Assembly: GCA_016218805.1 (NCBI GenBank)
Contig: JACRCW010000128.1
Location: 1 to 64,000, forward strand
DNA: 64,000 nucleotides
DNA from: Deltaproteobacteria bacterium
GTDB taxonomy: Bacteria; Myxococcota; JACRCW01
Direction of reading: 5' to 3'
Below, one piece after another: positions 10,440-19,582 of this stretch (its first letter is position 1; every line of letters begins with the position of its first letter). The position numbers and the translations under genes are program-made. Below the pieces are notes generated by a model. The model was not told where the DNA came from, ran no database searches, and saw only the letters and a list, made by a program, of their open reading frames with translations.

Positions 10440-10976
10440 TCAGGCAGCGGTTGCGACCGATTCGGCGAAACGGAGTGCTTCGAGAAGCTTGGGGTTACGG
10501 GTGAGGAACGCCTCAGCCGCGGACGCCGGGAGTTTCACCCGCAGGCGACGCTGGTTGACGGCCCGCTCCAGAGCCAGAACGTTCTTGGCGTCAGCGCCCG
10601 ATTCCTTCAGTTTCTCAAGCGCCCGCTTGTCCACCGTATTGCCGAGCAGGAAGCCCGCGACCTCGTCGACTGAGAGGAGCGACCGCTCGAGGTCTGGGAC
10701 CAACATGACCAGCCGCCAACGGTGCTCGGAGGCCGCAAAGGCAAGCGCCGTCTCAATTGATCGACATCGCTCCTTGATCGCCTCCTCGTTCTCCGAGTCG
10801 GCGTCCAGGACGAGAATGACTCGAGGGGCACCAAGGGCCAAGTGGGAGCGTGCCATCGAGACCGCAGACGACGCGCCATGACCGACGACGACCTTTGATT
10901 TCAGACGCAGGTGCCTTGTGAGGCGCGCCAACAGCGCGGCATCGCTGTCTCCCTCCACGACAATGAGCGGCTCCAT
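10440..10976 (-). CDS. TOPRIM-like protein (OLD/DUF4276-type acidic motifs)
   Basis: IVVEGDSD near the N-terminus, then LVLDAD and PDLE; TGATG overlap with the upstream endonuclease gene. Confidence 0.7.
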   Translation of the reverse strand: MEPLIVVEGDSDAALLARLTRHLRLKSKVVVGHGASSAVSMARSHLALGAPRVILVLDADSENEEAIKERCRSIETALAFAASEHRWRLVMLVPDLERSLLSVDEVAGFLLGNTVDKRALEKLKESGADAKNVLALERAVNQRRLRVKLPASAAEAFLTRNPKLLEALRFAESVATAA

Positions 10977-11500
10977 CAAGGACCTCCCAGCACGATGTTG
11001 TAGTCGGGCACGCCCAGTTTCACAGCCTGCCGGTACTTGGTCACAAGGCCGGTGGTGAACCCACCTTGCTTGGACATAGCCCAGTCAATCTCGGCCCCCT
11101 CCCAAAGGAGGATCTGGCAGCTCCCCGAGAGCAACACGGATTCGCGCGCGGGATCAGTGAAGCGCCGAGCGCTGAAGACGATTCCCATTGTGTTCGCCGG
11201 GCGGCGCCGCAGGTGAGCTGCAAGCTTCGCGATCGGCGCGAAGTCGACATTGCCGTCCCAGTGCTTTGCCTCCAGGAGCAAGGCGAGCCCCGCGAAATGC
11301 ACTACGCCATCGATCTGATGGAGCGGAGATTCCACCTCGTACGGCCACTCGACATGCGCTCCGTCAAGTTGGAAAGCGCGGACCAGGAGGTGTTCAAAGG
11401 CCCTTCCCGACGGAAAACCACCGTCCGACCCCGCTTGCAGCCCGCGCCATGGCGCTCGCAGCTTTGCCCGCGAGTAGCCCCGGATCTTGTCGACATCCAT
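10976..11500 (-). CDS. Restriction endonuclease-like protein (Mrr-type PD-(D/E)xK)
   Basis: GRAFEHLL...QIDGVV...LLEAKHW...GIVFSARRFT...ILLWEG; GGAG RBS before the ATG at 11500. Confidence 0.85.
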   Translation of the reverse strand: MDVDKIRGYSRAKLRAPWRGLQAGSDGGFPSGRAFEHLLVRAFQLDGAHVEWPYEVESPLHQIDGVVHFAGLALLLEAKHWDGNVDFAPIAKLAAHLRRRPANTMGIVFSARRFTDPARESVLLSGSCQILLWEGAEIDWAMSKQGGFTTGLVTKYRQAVKLGVPDYNIVLGGP

Positions 11501-11519
11501 CTCCGTCTCCCACCACCCA

Positions 11520-12590
11520 CTACTTGCAGCACATCCGGATGCGGACGGAGCAGTAGCCGTAGCCGGAGAACGTGCTGTCTCCGGCCACCTCATCACCGGG
11601 GCACATGTCATGCGCGTGCGAGCCGATCTCCAGCGCGATCTCGTCGTACACAAACCCGGTGGGACAGCTGCCGCCGTTGCGGAACACGCAGAACCGCTCC
11701 GTGATGTTCCCCAGCGCAATGGGTCCCGTGATGGCTCCCGTCACGTTCAGCGTGCCACCCACCGTGGCAGCGCCACTCACTGCGGCCGCGCCAGCCACGT
11801 TGAGGTTGCCGGCGCCGCCCCAGGCGTTGCTGACGTACGTGTTCCCGCCCTGCGCCAGCAGGTACACGTTTTCGCCGCCGGACAGGTGCAGCCGCCCGGC
11901 TGAGGTCACCTGCGTGGTGTTTACAATCCCGCCCACGCTGGCATTCCCGTCAATCCCAAAGTCCTTCCCCGGCGCCCCCCGCCGCGCAAACGGCGCCGCG
12001 CCCAGCACCTGCCGCCCCACCAACTCCACCGGCGCGCCCGCCGGCCCGCCGCCGGAGGCCACCTCGTCCACGGTGACACCGACGAACAGGTTCCCACCTC
12101 CGTTCATCACCGTGTCCAGCGACGTGGTCCCGCCCAACAGCACGGAGAACCGGCCCGCCGTCACGTTGACCTGCATGGTCTCCGTCCACACGCAGCTGGT
12201 GGACGTGTCCGACGGGTACAGGCAGAACGTGAGGTACTTGAGCCCGTTCACCGGGACGCCCGCGGATTCCAGGAAGCCTTCATACGGGACCAGGTGTGAC
12301 GCCGGGGTCAGCCCCACCTGAGCGCTCAGCCGCAGGCCGCCCAGCAGCACCGCCGCCACCACCGCCGCCGCCGCCAACCCGCGCGCCCACGCCGGCAACC
12401 GCGCCGGCACGCCGGAGGACGCGCGCCGCAGCGAGCGCTGCAGCACCGCCGGATCCACCCGCCACGCGTCCCCCACGCGCGCCGCGGGCAACTCGCCGCG
12501 CGTGATGAGCTCCACCACCGTGGCCTCGTCCAGTTGTAGTTGCTCCGCCACGTCGGCGGGGGTGAGCCAGCGGTTCTTTGATGAGTCCAT
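11520..12590 (-). CDS. Excisionase-type HTH fused to a signal/TM segment and an exported beta-rich domain with Cys-rich tip
   Basis: WLTPADVAEQLQL...GELPAARVGDAWRV (HTH_17-like); hydrophobic LAAAAVVAAVLLGG then LSA-Q; ends CVFRNGGSCPTGF...MCCK; GGAGG RBS before ATG 12590. Confidence 0.8.
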   Translation of the reverse strand: MDSSKNRWLTPADVAEQLQLDEATVVELITRGELPAARVGDAWRVDPAVLQRSLRRASSGVPARLPAWARGLAAAAVVAAVLLGGLRLSAQVGLTPASHLVPYEGFLESAGVPVNGLKYLTFCLYPSDTSTSCVWTETMQVNVTAGRFSVLLGGTTSLDTVMNGGGNLFVGVTVDEVASGGGPAGAPVELVGRQVLGAAPFARRGAPGKDFGIDGNASVGGIVNTTQVTSAGRLHLSGGENVYLLAQGGNTYVSNAWGGAGNLNVAGAAAVSGAATVGGTLNVTGAITGPIALGNITERFCVFRNGGSCPTGFVYDEIALEIGSHAHDMCPGDEVAGDSTFSGYGYCSVRIRMCCK

Positions 12591-12680
12591 TGAATCCTCC
12601 AGGGCGCAGCGTGGCATCGTCGCGCCACCAGCGTGCCGCCCGTGGCCCGGCGTGTAAAGGATGATGTTGAGTCCCGCCAT

Positions 12681-12711
12681 GTAGGACGGCGTGGGTCCAA
12701 CCTCGTCCTAC
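12681..12711. repeat. GTAG-type REP-like palindrome
   Basis: GTAGGACG-N15-CGTCCTAC inverted repeat in an intergenic gap. Confidence 0.5.
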
Positions 12712-12724
12712 CGGGGGTTACCGG

Positions 12725-14746
12725 CTACCGCTCGTCATCCGCTTCATCCATCCACTCGGCGCCTTGGGGCGGGGTGGCTGCCCCGCGCCGCTTGCGCCTG
12801 GGATGGGGGATGCCGGCCCCTTCCCGGAACAACCGCAACTCGCCTTGCATCCAGTCGCGGTCATCCTCTTCACAAATGCTCACCAACTCCTCCATCAGGG
12901 GAAGGTCCTCGGGGAGGAACTTGAAGCAGAGGACCACCGCGGCATCCATGGCGAGCGACCGGTCCTCCTTGCGGACCGTCTCCATCAGGCGCTGCAGCAG
13001 GGCGCGGTCTTCGGGGTGCCATGGGCCTTTGGGAAGTGTGTCCACCAGCTCGCGCCATTGTTGGAAACTCCGCGGCACCACGTCCCGGCGGGCGGCACGG
13101 AACTGCGCCCACTCGTCCTCGCGGACCGGGCCGTGCAACGTCCGCGGTCCCAGGAGACCTCTGAGCTCACGCCGGTGTTTCGCCTCGCGCTTCGCCGCCT
13201 CGGAGGGGTCCGGCAGGTCGGTGATGGCCATCGGCGCGGCGCCGCCCCACAGGTCGTCAATGGCCCGGATGGCTGCGCGCGCCGCCGTGAAGTCCAGGGA
13301 ACCCTCCCGCAACTGGCGCCGCAGGACCGGCGTGACCAGCAGGCACAGCTCGGGGTCCTCCAGCACGCACAGCCGGGTCCTGGGGTGGGCGAGGAAACGC
13401 GCCGCCAGCTCGGCCCGCGGCGGGTCCCTGGCTGGGTCGTGCGCCCGGCCCAGCAGGTGCTTCACTCCCCAGGCGGCCACCGTACTGTCATCCTTGAGCA
13501 CCGCCTGTTCCGCCGCCGGCCGGAGCACCGCCGCCGGTGCGTCCTCCAACCACGCGTGCACAATGGAACTCACGCCCTGGAAGGCGCCCGGGTACCCGTC
13601 CAGGCGTGCCTGCACCAGGCGCGGATACCACGCGCTCAGGTCCGCCTTGCTGGCGTACAGCACGCGGTGAAGCGTGCTGCCCACGCGGTTGTCGTGGCGG
13701 TTGAGGTCCTCATTGGCCAGACACAGGTCCAGCAGCGGAGTCACGTCCGCCGTCGGCAGCCACAGTCGGCCGGCCACGGCCGCCATGATGGCGCCGGTGG
13801 ATTCGTCCTCCTGTTGGGCTGGGGGCAACGCGGCTGCCTTTTGGAACAGTGCCAGGGCCACGCGCTGGCGGTCAGTCAGTGCCATCAACGCAGCAACCGT
13901 TCCAAAGAAGTGCTCCGCACGGAAGCCGCGCTCCAGGGACGTCCAGCGCTGAAACAGCGGCCGCACCGCATCCACCCCGCGCGGCTGCGCCAGCAGCCAC
14001 ACGGCAACCGGCCGGAGCGCTGCCGAGTGGAAGGTCTCGCGGTCCAGGGCGCGCGCCCCGACTTCCAGCGCCAGCTCCTCCGGCAACTGGGCAATCAGCG
14101 CGGCCAGCTCGCCCGCGCCCTTTTCAGAGGCGTGGTCCAGCTCATCCAACAGCGTGCTGATCCGCTCCAACACCGGCCGCAGGCGGCCGGCGTCCGCCTT
14201 GGGAATGCGGGCCACGGGGTCAGACAGGAACTTGCCACGCCACCAGGGCACCTCCCCGGCGGTGGCCAGCACCCGCCTTGCTTCCCGCCGCACGCGGGCT
14301 TCCGGGTCCTGCGCCAGCGTGTCCAGGATGGCCAACGCGGCCGGGTCATCCGGCCGCAGCCCCGCAATGGCCGCTTCGCGCATGCGCCGGTCCTCATGGC
14401 CGGCCATGGCCCGCAGGGTGGCGGTGAGCGTGGGTGTGGCGCCGGCCAGGCGGCACGCGGCATGGCTCAGGGCGTCCGCGTTCCCGGGCGCGTCATCATT
14501 CCAATGGCTGAGCTCAGCAAAAGCCGCCAGGACCGCGGGCAGGAACGAGTGGTCCTCCAGCACCACCGCCTGCGCCGCCGCAAACCGCAGGGCGGCCACC
14601 GCGGCGTCAAAGTCCGCGTGGTGCTCCTGGATCTCCTCGGGGTCCCCCCGGAACTGCACGCCGCGCGCTCCACGGTCCAGCAGGTGCTCCATGGCGGCGG
14701 TGGCCAGGTCATGGACCGCCTGCCTGTCCATCAGCGGTGGCTTCAT
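12725..14746 (-). CDS. HEAT-repeat/alpha-solenoid hypothetical protein
   Basis: HEDRRMREAAIAGL and QDPEARVRREARRVL (PBS-lyase HEAT-like repeats); helical Ala/Leu-rich composition; ATG overlaps the lon stop. Confidence 0.7.
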   Translation of the reverse strand: MKPPLMDRQAVHDLATAAMEHLLDRGARGVQFRGDPEEIQEHHADFDAAVAALRFAAAQAVVLEDHSFLPAVLAAFAELSHWNDDAPGNADALSHAACRLAGATPTLTATLRAMAGHEDRRMREAAIAGLRPDDPAALAILDTLAQDPEARVRREARRVLATAGEVPWWRGKFLSDPVARIPKADAGRLRPVLERISTLLDELDHASEKGAGELAALIAQLPEELALEVGARALDRETFHSAALRPVAVWLLAQPRGVDAVRPLFQRWTSLERGFRAEHFFGTVAALMALTDRQRVALALFQKAAALPPAQQEDESTGAIMAAVAGRLWLPTADVTPLLDLCLANEDLNRHDNRVGSTLHRVLYASKADLSAWYPRLVQARLDGYPGAFQGVSSIVHAWLEDAPAAVLRPAAEQAVLKDDSTVAAWGVKHLLGRAHDPARDPPRAELAARFLAHPRTRLCVLEDPELCLLVTPVLRRQLREGSLDFTAARAAIRAIDDLWGGAAPMAITDLPDPSEAAKREAKHRRELRGLLGPRTLHGPVREDEWAQFRAARRDVVPRSFQQWRELVDTLPKGPWHPEDRALLQRLMETVRKEDRSLAMDAAVVLCFKFLPEDLPLMEELVSICEEDDRDWMQGELRLFREGAGIPHPRRKRRGAATPPQGAEWMDEADDER

Positions 14747-17070
14747 CCGGTCACCTCGGGAGGGCCGGGCTGGCCGGCCGTTGCATCAGGCTGTTGCGCC
14801 TTGGGTGGGTCCACCAGCACGCGCTCGGCAACCTGGGCCACCCGGCGGACCAGCACCACCTCCACGCGCAGCGGCTCAGGGATGTCCGCGGCATTGTCCG
14901 CCGGGAGCAGCACCGCGCGGATGCCGGCGCGTTCCGCCGCCAGCAGCTTGGCGCGCACCCCGCCCACCGGGAGGACCTCACCGTTGAGCGTGATCTCCCC
15001 GGTCAGCGCCACGTCCGGCCGGAGCGGGCGGCGCGTGGCGGCTGACAGGAGCGCCGCAAAGATGGCCGTCCCGGCGCTGGGGCCGTCCTTGGGCATGGCG
15101 GCTTCGGGCACGTGGAGGTGGATGTCCCCGCCCAGCCGCCCGGGGTCAATGGCGTAGCGGGCGGGGTCCATGCGCAGGTGGGCCAGCGCCGCCTGCGCGC
15201 TCTCCTGCATGACCGCTCCCACGCGCCCGGTCATGCGCAGCTCGCCCTTGCCGTGGATGATGGCCGCCTCCACGTACACCAGCGCCCCGCCGTCACTGCC
15301 CACCGACAGCCCGGTGGCCACGCCCACGGGGAGCGCCTCCGCGGCGGTGCGCTGCCGATAGCGCGCCGGTCCCAGCACGGCGCGGACCTCCTGTGCGGTG
15401 ATGGGCCGCAGCGTGTCCTGTGGGCTGCCGCGCACGCGCGCCAGCGCCCGCCCGCGGTGCACGGCCTCCAGGTGCCGCCGGAGCTGGCGGACGCCCGCCT
15501 CCCGCGTGTGCCCCTCAATCACCTGCAGCAGGGCGTCCGCGTCCATCTCCAACGCGCTGGGCAGCCCGCAGTCCGCCTGCAGGCGGGGGAGAAGATGCTT
15601 GCGGGCAATCTCCACTTTTTCGCCCGCCAGGTAGCCCTCAAGCTCCACCGTCTCCATGCGGTCCACCAGCGTGGGATGGACCTCTGCAAGGTCATTGGCC
15701 GTGCACACAAACAGCACGTGGGTGAGGTCAAACGGGACGCCCACGTAGTTGTCCACAAAGTGCGGGTTCTGCTCAGGGTCCAGCACTTCGTGCAGCGCGC
15801 CAATGGGGCTGCGCGCGCGCTCCGTGCCAATCTTGTCAATCTCATCCAGCAGCAGGACCGGCGCGCAGGAGCCCGCCGCGGCAAGACCCGCCATGATGCG
15901 CCCCGGCGCGGCCGCCACGTAGGTGAGGCGGTGGCCGCGCAGTTCGGACTCGTCATGCACGCCGCCCAGCGCCACCCGGACAAACTTCCGCCCCAGCGCC
16001 TCCGCCATGGCGCGGGCAAGGGTGGTCTTGCCCACACCGGGCGGACCCACCAGGCACAGGATGGTGGACCGGGCACGCCCGCCCAGCGTGTGGACTGCCA
16101 GGTGCTCCAGGATGCGCTGCTTGGGCTTGCTCAGGTGGGCGTGCTCGCGGTCCAGCACCGCCGCAACATGGCTGAGGTCCGGCGGCGGCAGCGTCTCGGC
16201 GTGCCACGCCAGCCGCGCCAGGAAGTCCAGGTGGCCGCGGTAGGACGGATAGTCGTGGTGCTTGGTCTCCATCCCGCGCAACAGGCGCAGTTCGCGTTTG
16301 GCCAGCTCCCGCGCTTCCTTGGGCAGGCCGGCCTGCTGCAAGCGCCGTTGCAGCCGGCCCAGGTCATCCTCGTCATTGCCGGCGCTGGGGTCATAGATGT
16401 CCAGGCGCCGGGAGATCTCCACCGTCTGCGCCCACAGCCGCTGGCGGAGCGTCTTGGGAATGTCCGGCTTGCCGCACAGCTCGCGGAGGGACTGCTCCAA
16501 GGCACAGGACGCATGCTCCCCCTGGGCCCGGGCGGCCAGTGTCTGCGCGTAATTGCGCACCGCCTCGGGAAGCGGCCAGCGTGCGGTTTCGCGCAGCTCC
16601 TCGGTGGTGGCCAGCGCGCGCACCAGTTCCGCCAGGGCGGGAACCAGCCGCTGGGGCCAGTCCGGCCGCTGCGGCAGCACACCCGCAGCCAGCGCCGCGA
16701 ACAGCCGGTGCCCGGCGTCCACCAGCCCCGTCACGTCTTCTGGCGGGTCGGCGGCCGGTTGGACCTCGGCAACAAATGGCGGCCGCTCGCCGTGCGCGCG
16801 GGTGATTTGCAGGCGGCGCTCGCCCCGCAGCGTCACTGCGCTGCCGTCCGCGGCCAGCACCGTGCACTCGGTTCCCCAGCGCGCGGTCACCAGGGTTGGC
16901 AACTCAATGGCGGACGCCACGGTGAGGGCGCACAGACGGGTGCCCACCCGGGCCGGCAGCTCACGCAGCGTGGCCGGGTCAACCACGGGAGCGGCGAGCG
17001 CGCGCGTTTCGCCAGGAAGGATGCAATCCTCCCACAGGCCAATCAGCGGAAGCTCCAGGACGTTGGACAT
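14743..17070 (-). CDS. lon: Lon (S16) ATP-dependent protease with divergent N-domain
   Basis: Walker A GPPGVGKT, Walker B LLLDEIDK, RGHRLTYV, PKDGPSAG catalytic Ser, KLLAA catalytic Lys. Confidence 0.93.
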   Translation of the reverse strand: MSNVLELPLIGLWEDCILPGETRALAAPVVDPATLRELPARVGTRLCALTVASAIELPTLVTARWGTECTVLAADGSAVTLRGERRLQITRAHGERPPFVAEVQPAADPPEDVTGLVDAGHRLFAALAAGVLPQRPDWPQRLVPALAELVRALATTEELRETARWPLPEAVRNYAQTLAARAQGEHASCALEQSLRELCGKPDIPKTLRQRLWAQTVEISRRLDIYDPSAGNDEDDLGRLQRRLQQAGLPKEARELAKRELRLLRGMETKHHDYPSYRGHLDFLARLAWHAETLPPPDLSHVAAVLDREHAHLSKPKQRILEHLAVHTLGGRARSTILCLVGPPGVGKTTLARAMAEALGRKFVRVALGGVHDESELRGHRLTYVAAAPGRIMAGLAAAGSCAPVLLLDEIDKIGTERARSPIGALHEVLDPEQNPHFVDNYVGVPFDLTHVLFVCTANDLAEVHPTLVDRMETVELEGYLAGEKVEIARKHLLPRLQADCGLPSALEMDADALLQVIEGHTREAGVRQLRRHLEAVHRGRALARVRGSPQDTLRPITAQEVRAVLGPARYRQRTAAEALPVGVATGLSVGSDGGALVYVEAAIIHGKGELRMTGRVGAVMQESAQAALAHLRMDPARYAIDPGRLGGDIHLHVPEAAMPKDGPSAGTAIFAALLSAATRRPLRPDVALTGEITLNGEVLPVGGVRAKLLAAERAGIRAVLLPADNAADIPEPLRVEVVLVRRVAQVAERVLVDPPKAQQPDATAGQPGPPEVTG

Positions 17071-17114
17071 CACCTCAACCCAACACCCGCCGCATACCGG
17101 GGTCAACCCGCCGT

Positions 17115-17460
17115 GACGCCAGTCACGCCGCCCGCCACCGCCGGGTCCCCCGCATCATCCCGGAAAGCCGTTGGCCGCGCCCGGCAGCCTCCCGGACCAT
17201 CCCCAGGCGCCGGCCGTGGCGCGCGGGGGTAGTTCCCATGTGCTGGCTGTCACGCCGCCGGCGCCTTGGGGTTCCCCGCATCATCCCGGGAGGCTGTCGG
17301 GCGGTGCCCGGCTGTACCCCGGACCATCGCGGGCGGCTGGCCGCGGTGCCGGTGGGTAGTTCCAATGTGCTGGCTGTCACGCCGCCGGCACCTTGGGGTT
17401 CCCCGCATCATCCCGGGAGGCCGTCGGGCGGTGCCCGGCTGTACCCCGGACCATCTCCAG
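17115..17460. repeat. Tandem repeat, about 3 copies with a 127-bp period
   Basis: GTCACGCCG at 17122, 17249 and 17376; CCCCGCATCATCCCGG and CCCGGACCATC recur in the same register; copies 2 and 3 nearly identical, copy 1 degenerate. Confidence 0.9.
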
Positions 17461-17487
17461 GCTGCCATGCGCGGCGCTCGCGGATGG

Positions 17488-18213
17488 TCAGGCGGGGGGA
17501 GCAAGCGGTTCGGCCGCGGGACCCTTGGCGGCGCGATGCGAGGAAAGCGCATCCAGATAGGAGAACAGTTGCTCTTCGGTGTTCTGCGGCAGGTCGGTGC
17601 GGACGGAACACTCGTCGCGCACGGCGGCGCGCAACCGCCCCAGCAGCCCCACCGTGGAATTGCGCAGGACCCCCGCCTGCTTGCGGCTGGTGACTGAGGG
17701 CGCCGCCAGGTCCGCCCGCGAACTGAGCAGACTGTCCATCTTCACCCCGGCCTGCACGTGGGCGGCGGCCCAATCGTACAAGGTCCCGCCGCCAGCAACG
17801 GGGAACATCTGCAGGTCCGCCTTGCGGCGCTCCAGCGCGGGTTCGCGCTCCTTGGCCGCAGCGGCCTGGTCCGGATAGGCCGCCTGCGTCCCGGCCAGGG
17901 TGGGCACAAGGTCCTGGCGGATGCGTTGGGCTGCTTCACGCACAGCGGCGGGGGTGGAGCTGATGGAAAGATGCGCTTCCAAGACGTGCCAGACGCCGGC
18001 CGCCATTTCGTCATGGGTCAGGTCCGTCTGGTCCAGTTCTTTGGCCAGCGGCGTGCCGGTGAGCGCCGCGGGCAGGGCGGCAATGCCGCTGAGTTTCTGC
18101 TTGAGCAGCGGCGCGTAGGTGTCAGCGCAGCGCACCCGCGCGAGCGCCTGGCCGCGCGCACCAATCAGGTTGTCCAGGCCCAACTTGAGGTCTGCCAGCG
18201 TCAGGTTCTTCAT
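17488..18213 (-). CDS. Hypothetical all-helical protein (241 aa)
   Basis: GGAGGGGAG RBS before ATG 18213 (MKNLTLADLKLGL...); natural amino-acid composition. Confidence 0.8.
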   Translation of the reverse strand: MKNLTLADLKLGLDNLIGARGQALARVRCADTYAPLLKQKLSGIAALPAALTGTPLAKELDQTDLTHDEMAAGVWHVLEAHLSISSTPAAVREAAQRIRQDLVPTLAGTQAAYPDQAAAAKEREPALERRKADLQMFPVAGGGTLYDWAAAHVQAGVKMDSLLSSRADLAAPSVTSRKQAGVLRNSTVGLLGRLRAAVRDECSVRTDLPQNTEEQLFSYLDALSSHRAAKGPAAEPLAPPA

Positions 18214-18352
18214 GGTCTCCCCTCCGAGGTGGCGGCGTGGATGCCGCGTTGATGTCGGCCTGATTAGGGGGCAACGCGAATGCCCGTCAATGACACAACG
18301 CCTGTAACCCGCCCAGTTGACCCGGGCGCGTGCCCTGGGCTTCCCTCTGTCC

Positions 18353-19582
18353 ATGTATCTTCGCCGCCTGGAGATTCAACACGTCCGCCTGATCAACGCC
18401 CTCACGCTCGAGTTCGGGGCGCCGGGGTGGACCGTGGTGCTGGGCGACAACGGCTCCGGCAAGTCCACCATCCTGCAGGCCGTGGCCCTGGCCGCCTCCG
18501 GGCCGGCGCTGGCCTCCCACCTGATTGAAGACGCCGCCACGTTGCGGCCGGCGGACCTCCCAGAGGCCGAGCCCGTGATCAGGTGTCAGTTCCAGGGCCC
18601 GGCGCATCCGGACACAAGAGTCCTGCTGAGCGTCAAGAAGGGCAGGCACGACTTCACGCGTACCAAAGGTGGAAGCCGCGTGGACGACATACGTGCGAAA
18701 CGAGACCGCGGCTTCTTTGTGGTTGGATACGGGCCGGGACGATTCCTCCCACGCCCCGGCGAGGTGGCTCTTCCTGAGAACCCAGTGCGGGACCGCGTGG
18801 AGGGCTTGTTCTCCCGCCACCACAAGGTGCTTGGCACGGACTTCTATGGCGCGCTGCGCCAGCGGACCCCGGAAGAAGCGCTGAGCTTCACGCGTGCATT
18901 GAAGACGGCGCTCCTGGCCGAAGACGGCATGGGAGAGAAGCTGTTTCCCATGCTTCTTGACGTGGATACCCGCGGCAAGAGTGGCGTGAAGCACTTGGAG
19001 CGTTTGCTGGAGTCCCGTCGCTTCATCGTCTCCGCGGGAAGGCGCCACCTGAAACTACCCGCCACGGCGCTGTCTGACGGCTACCAGTCCATGCTCGCCT
19101 GGATTGCGGACCTGCTGGGACACGCATTCCTGGAGTTCGGTCCACAGGTTGAGGCCGGCACGCTGCGTGGCATTGCGCTGATTGACGAGATTGACCTGCA
19201 CCTGCACCCCACCTGGCAGAGGAAGCTCGTACCGCTGCTCAAGCGGGTCTTCCCCCAGATGCAGTTCATCGTCACGACCCATTCGCCGCTGGTGGTGGCT
19301 GCGCTGGAGCCCCACGAGATAGTCCGCCTGCAGCTTCGGGAAGGTGAGGTGGTGAGGGAGGCACATCGGGCCGCCCCGGGTCTGATGACGGGTACCCAGC
19401 TGCTGACCCACTACTTTGACGTGTCACGCGCCGGCCGGGCGGACCTGCTTGAAAAGGAGCGCGAGTACCTGGAACTCCAGGCCATGGGGCGGCGCACCAA
19501 GCGCCAGGAGGACCAGCGGAAAAAGCTGGAGGAGGAGCTGCACCCCTACTGGACTGTGTCAGCAGGGAGGAACGGAGCGTGA
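18353..19582 (+). CDS. ABC-type ATPase, PtuA-like (Septu-type)
   Basis: MYLRRLEI, GDNGSGKST, LSDGYQSM signature, LIDEIDLHLHPTWQR, QFIVTTHSP; coupled to a downstream HNH gene. Confidence 0.88.
   Translation: MYLRRLEIQHVRLINALTLEFGAPGWTVVLGDNGSGKSTILQAVALAASGPALASHLIEDAATLRPADLPEAEPVIRCQFQGPAHPDTRVLLSVKKGRHDFTRTKGGSRVDDIRAKRDRGFFVVGYGPGRFLPRPGEVALPENPVRDRVEGLFSRHHKVLGTDFYGALRQRTPEEALSFTRALKTALLAEDGMGEKLFPMLLDVDTRGKSGVKHLERLLESRRFIVSAGRRHLKLPATALSDGYQSMLAWIADLLGHAFLEFGPQVEAGTLRGIALIDEIDLHLHPTWQRKLVPLLKRVFPQMQFIVTTHSPLVVAALEPHEIVRLQLREGEVVREAHRAAPGLMTGTQLLTHYFDVSRAGRADLLEKEREYLELQAMGRRTKRQEDQRKKLEEELHPYWTVSAGRNGA

Noticed and set aside
11520..12590. Prophage, suggested by the excisionase-like HTH and fibre-like repeats
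   Set aside because: No integrase, terminase, capsid, portal or other tail genes are in the window
14743..17070. BREX BrxL
   Set aside because: The protein has canonical LonA AAA+ and protease motifs, and no pglX, pglZ or brxC genes are nearby
5053..17232. Long + strand ORFs (5053..7119, 7854..10280, 12764..15157, 15112..17232)
   Set aside because: Antisense shadows of real minus-strand genes, expected at high GC; Arg/Gln/His-rich with no motifs
17115..17460. CRISPR array or coding repeat
   Set aside because: Copies 2 and 3 match across almost the whole unit, leaving no spacers; the 127-bp period is not a multiple of 3 and the overlapping ORFs are low-complexity
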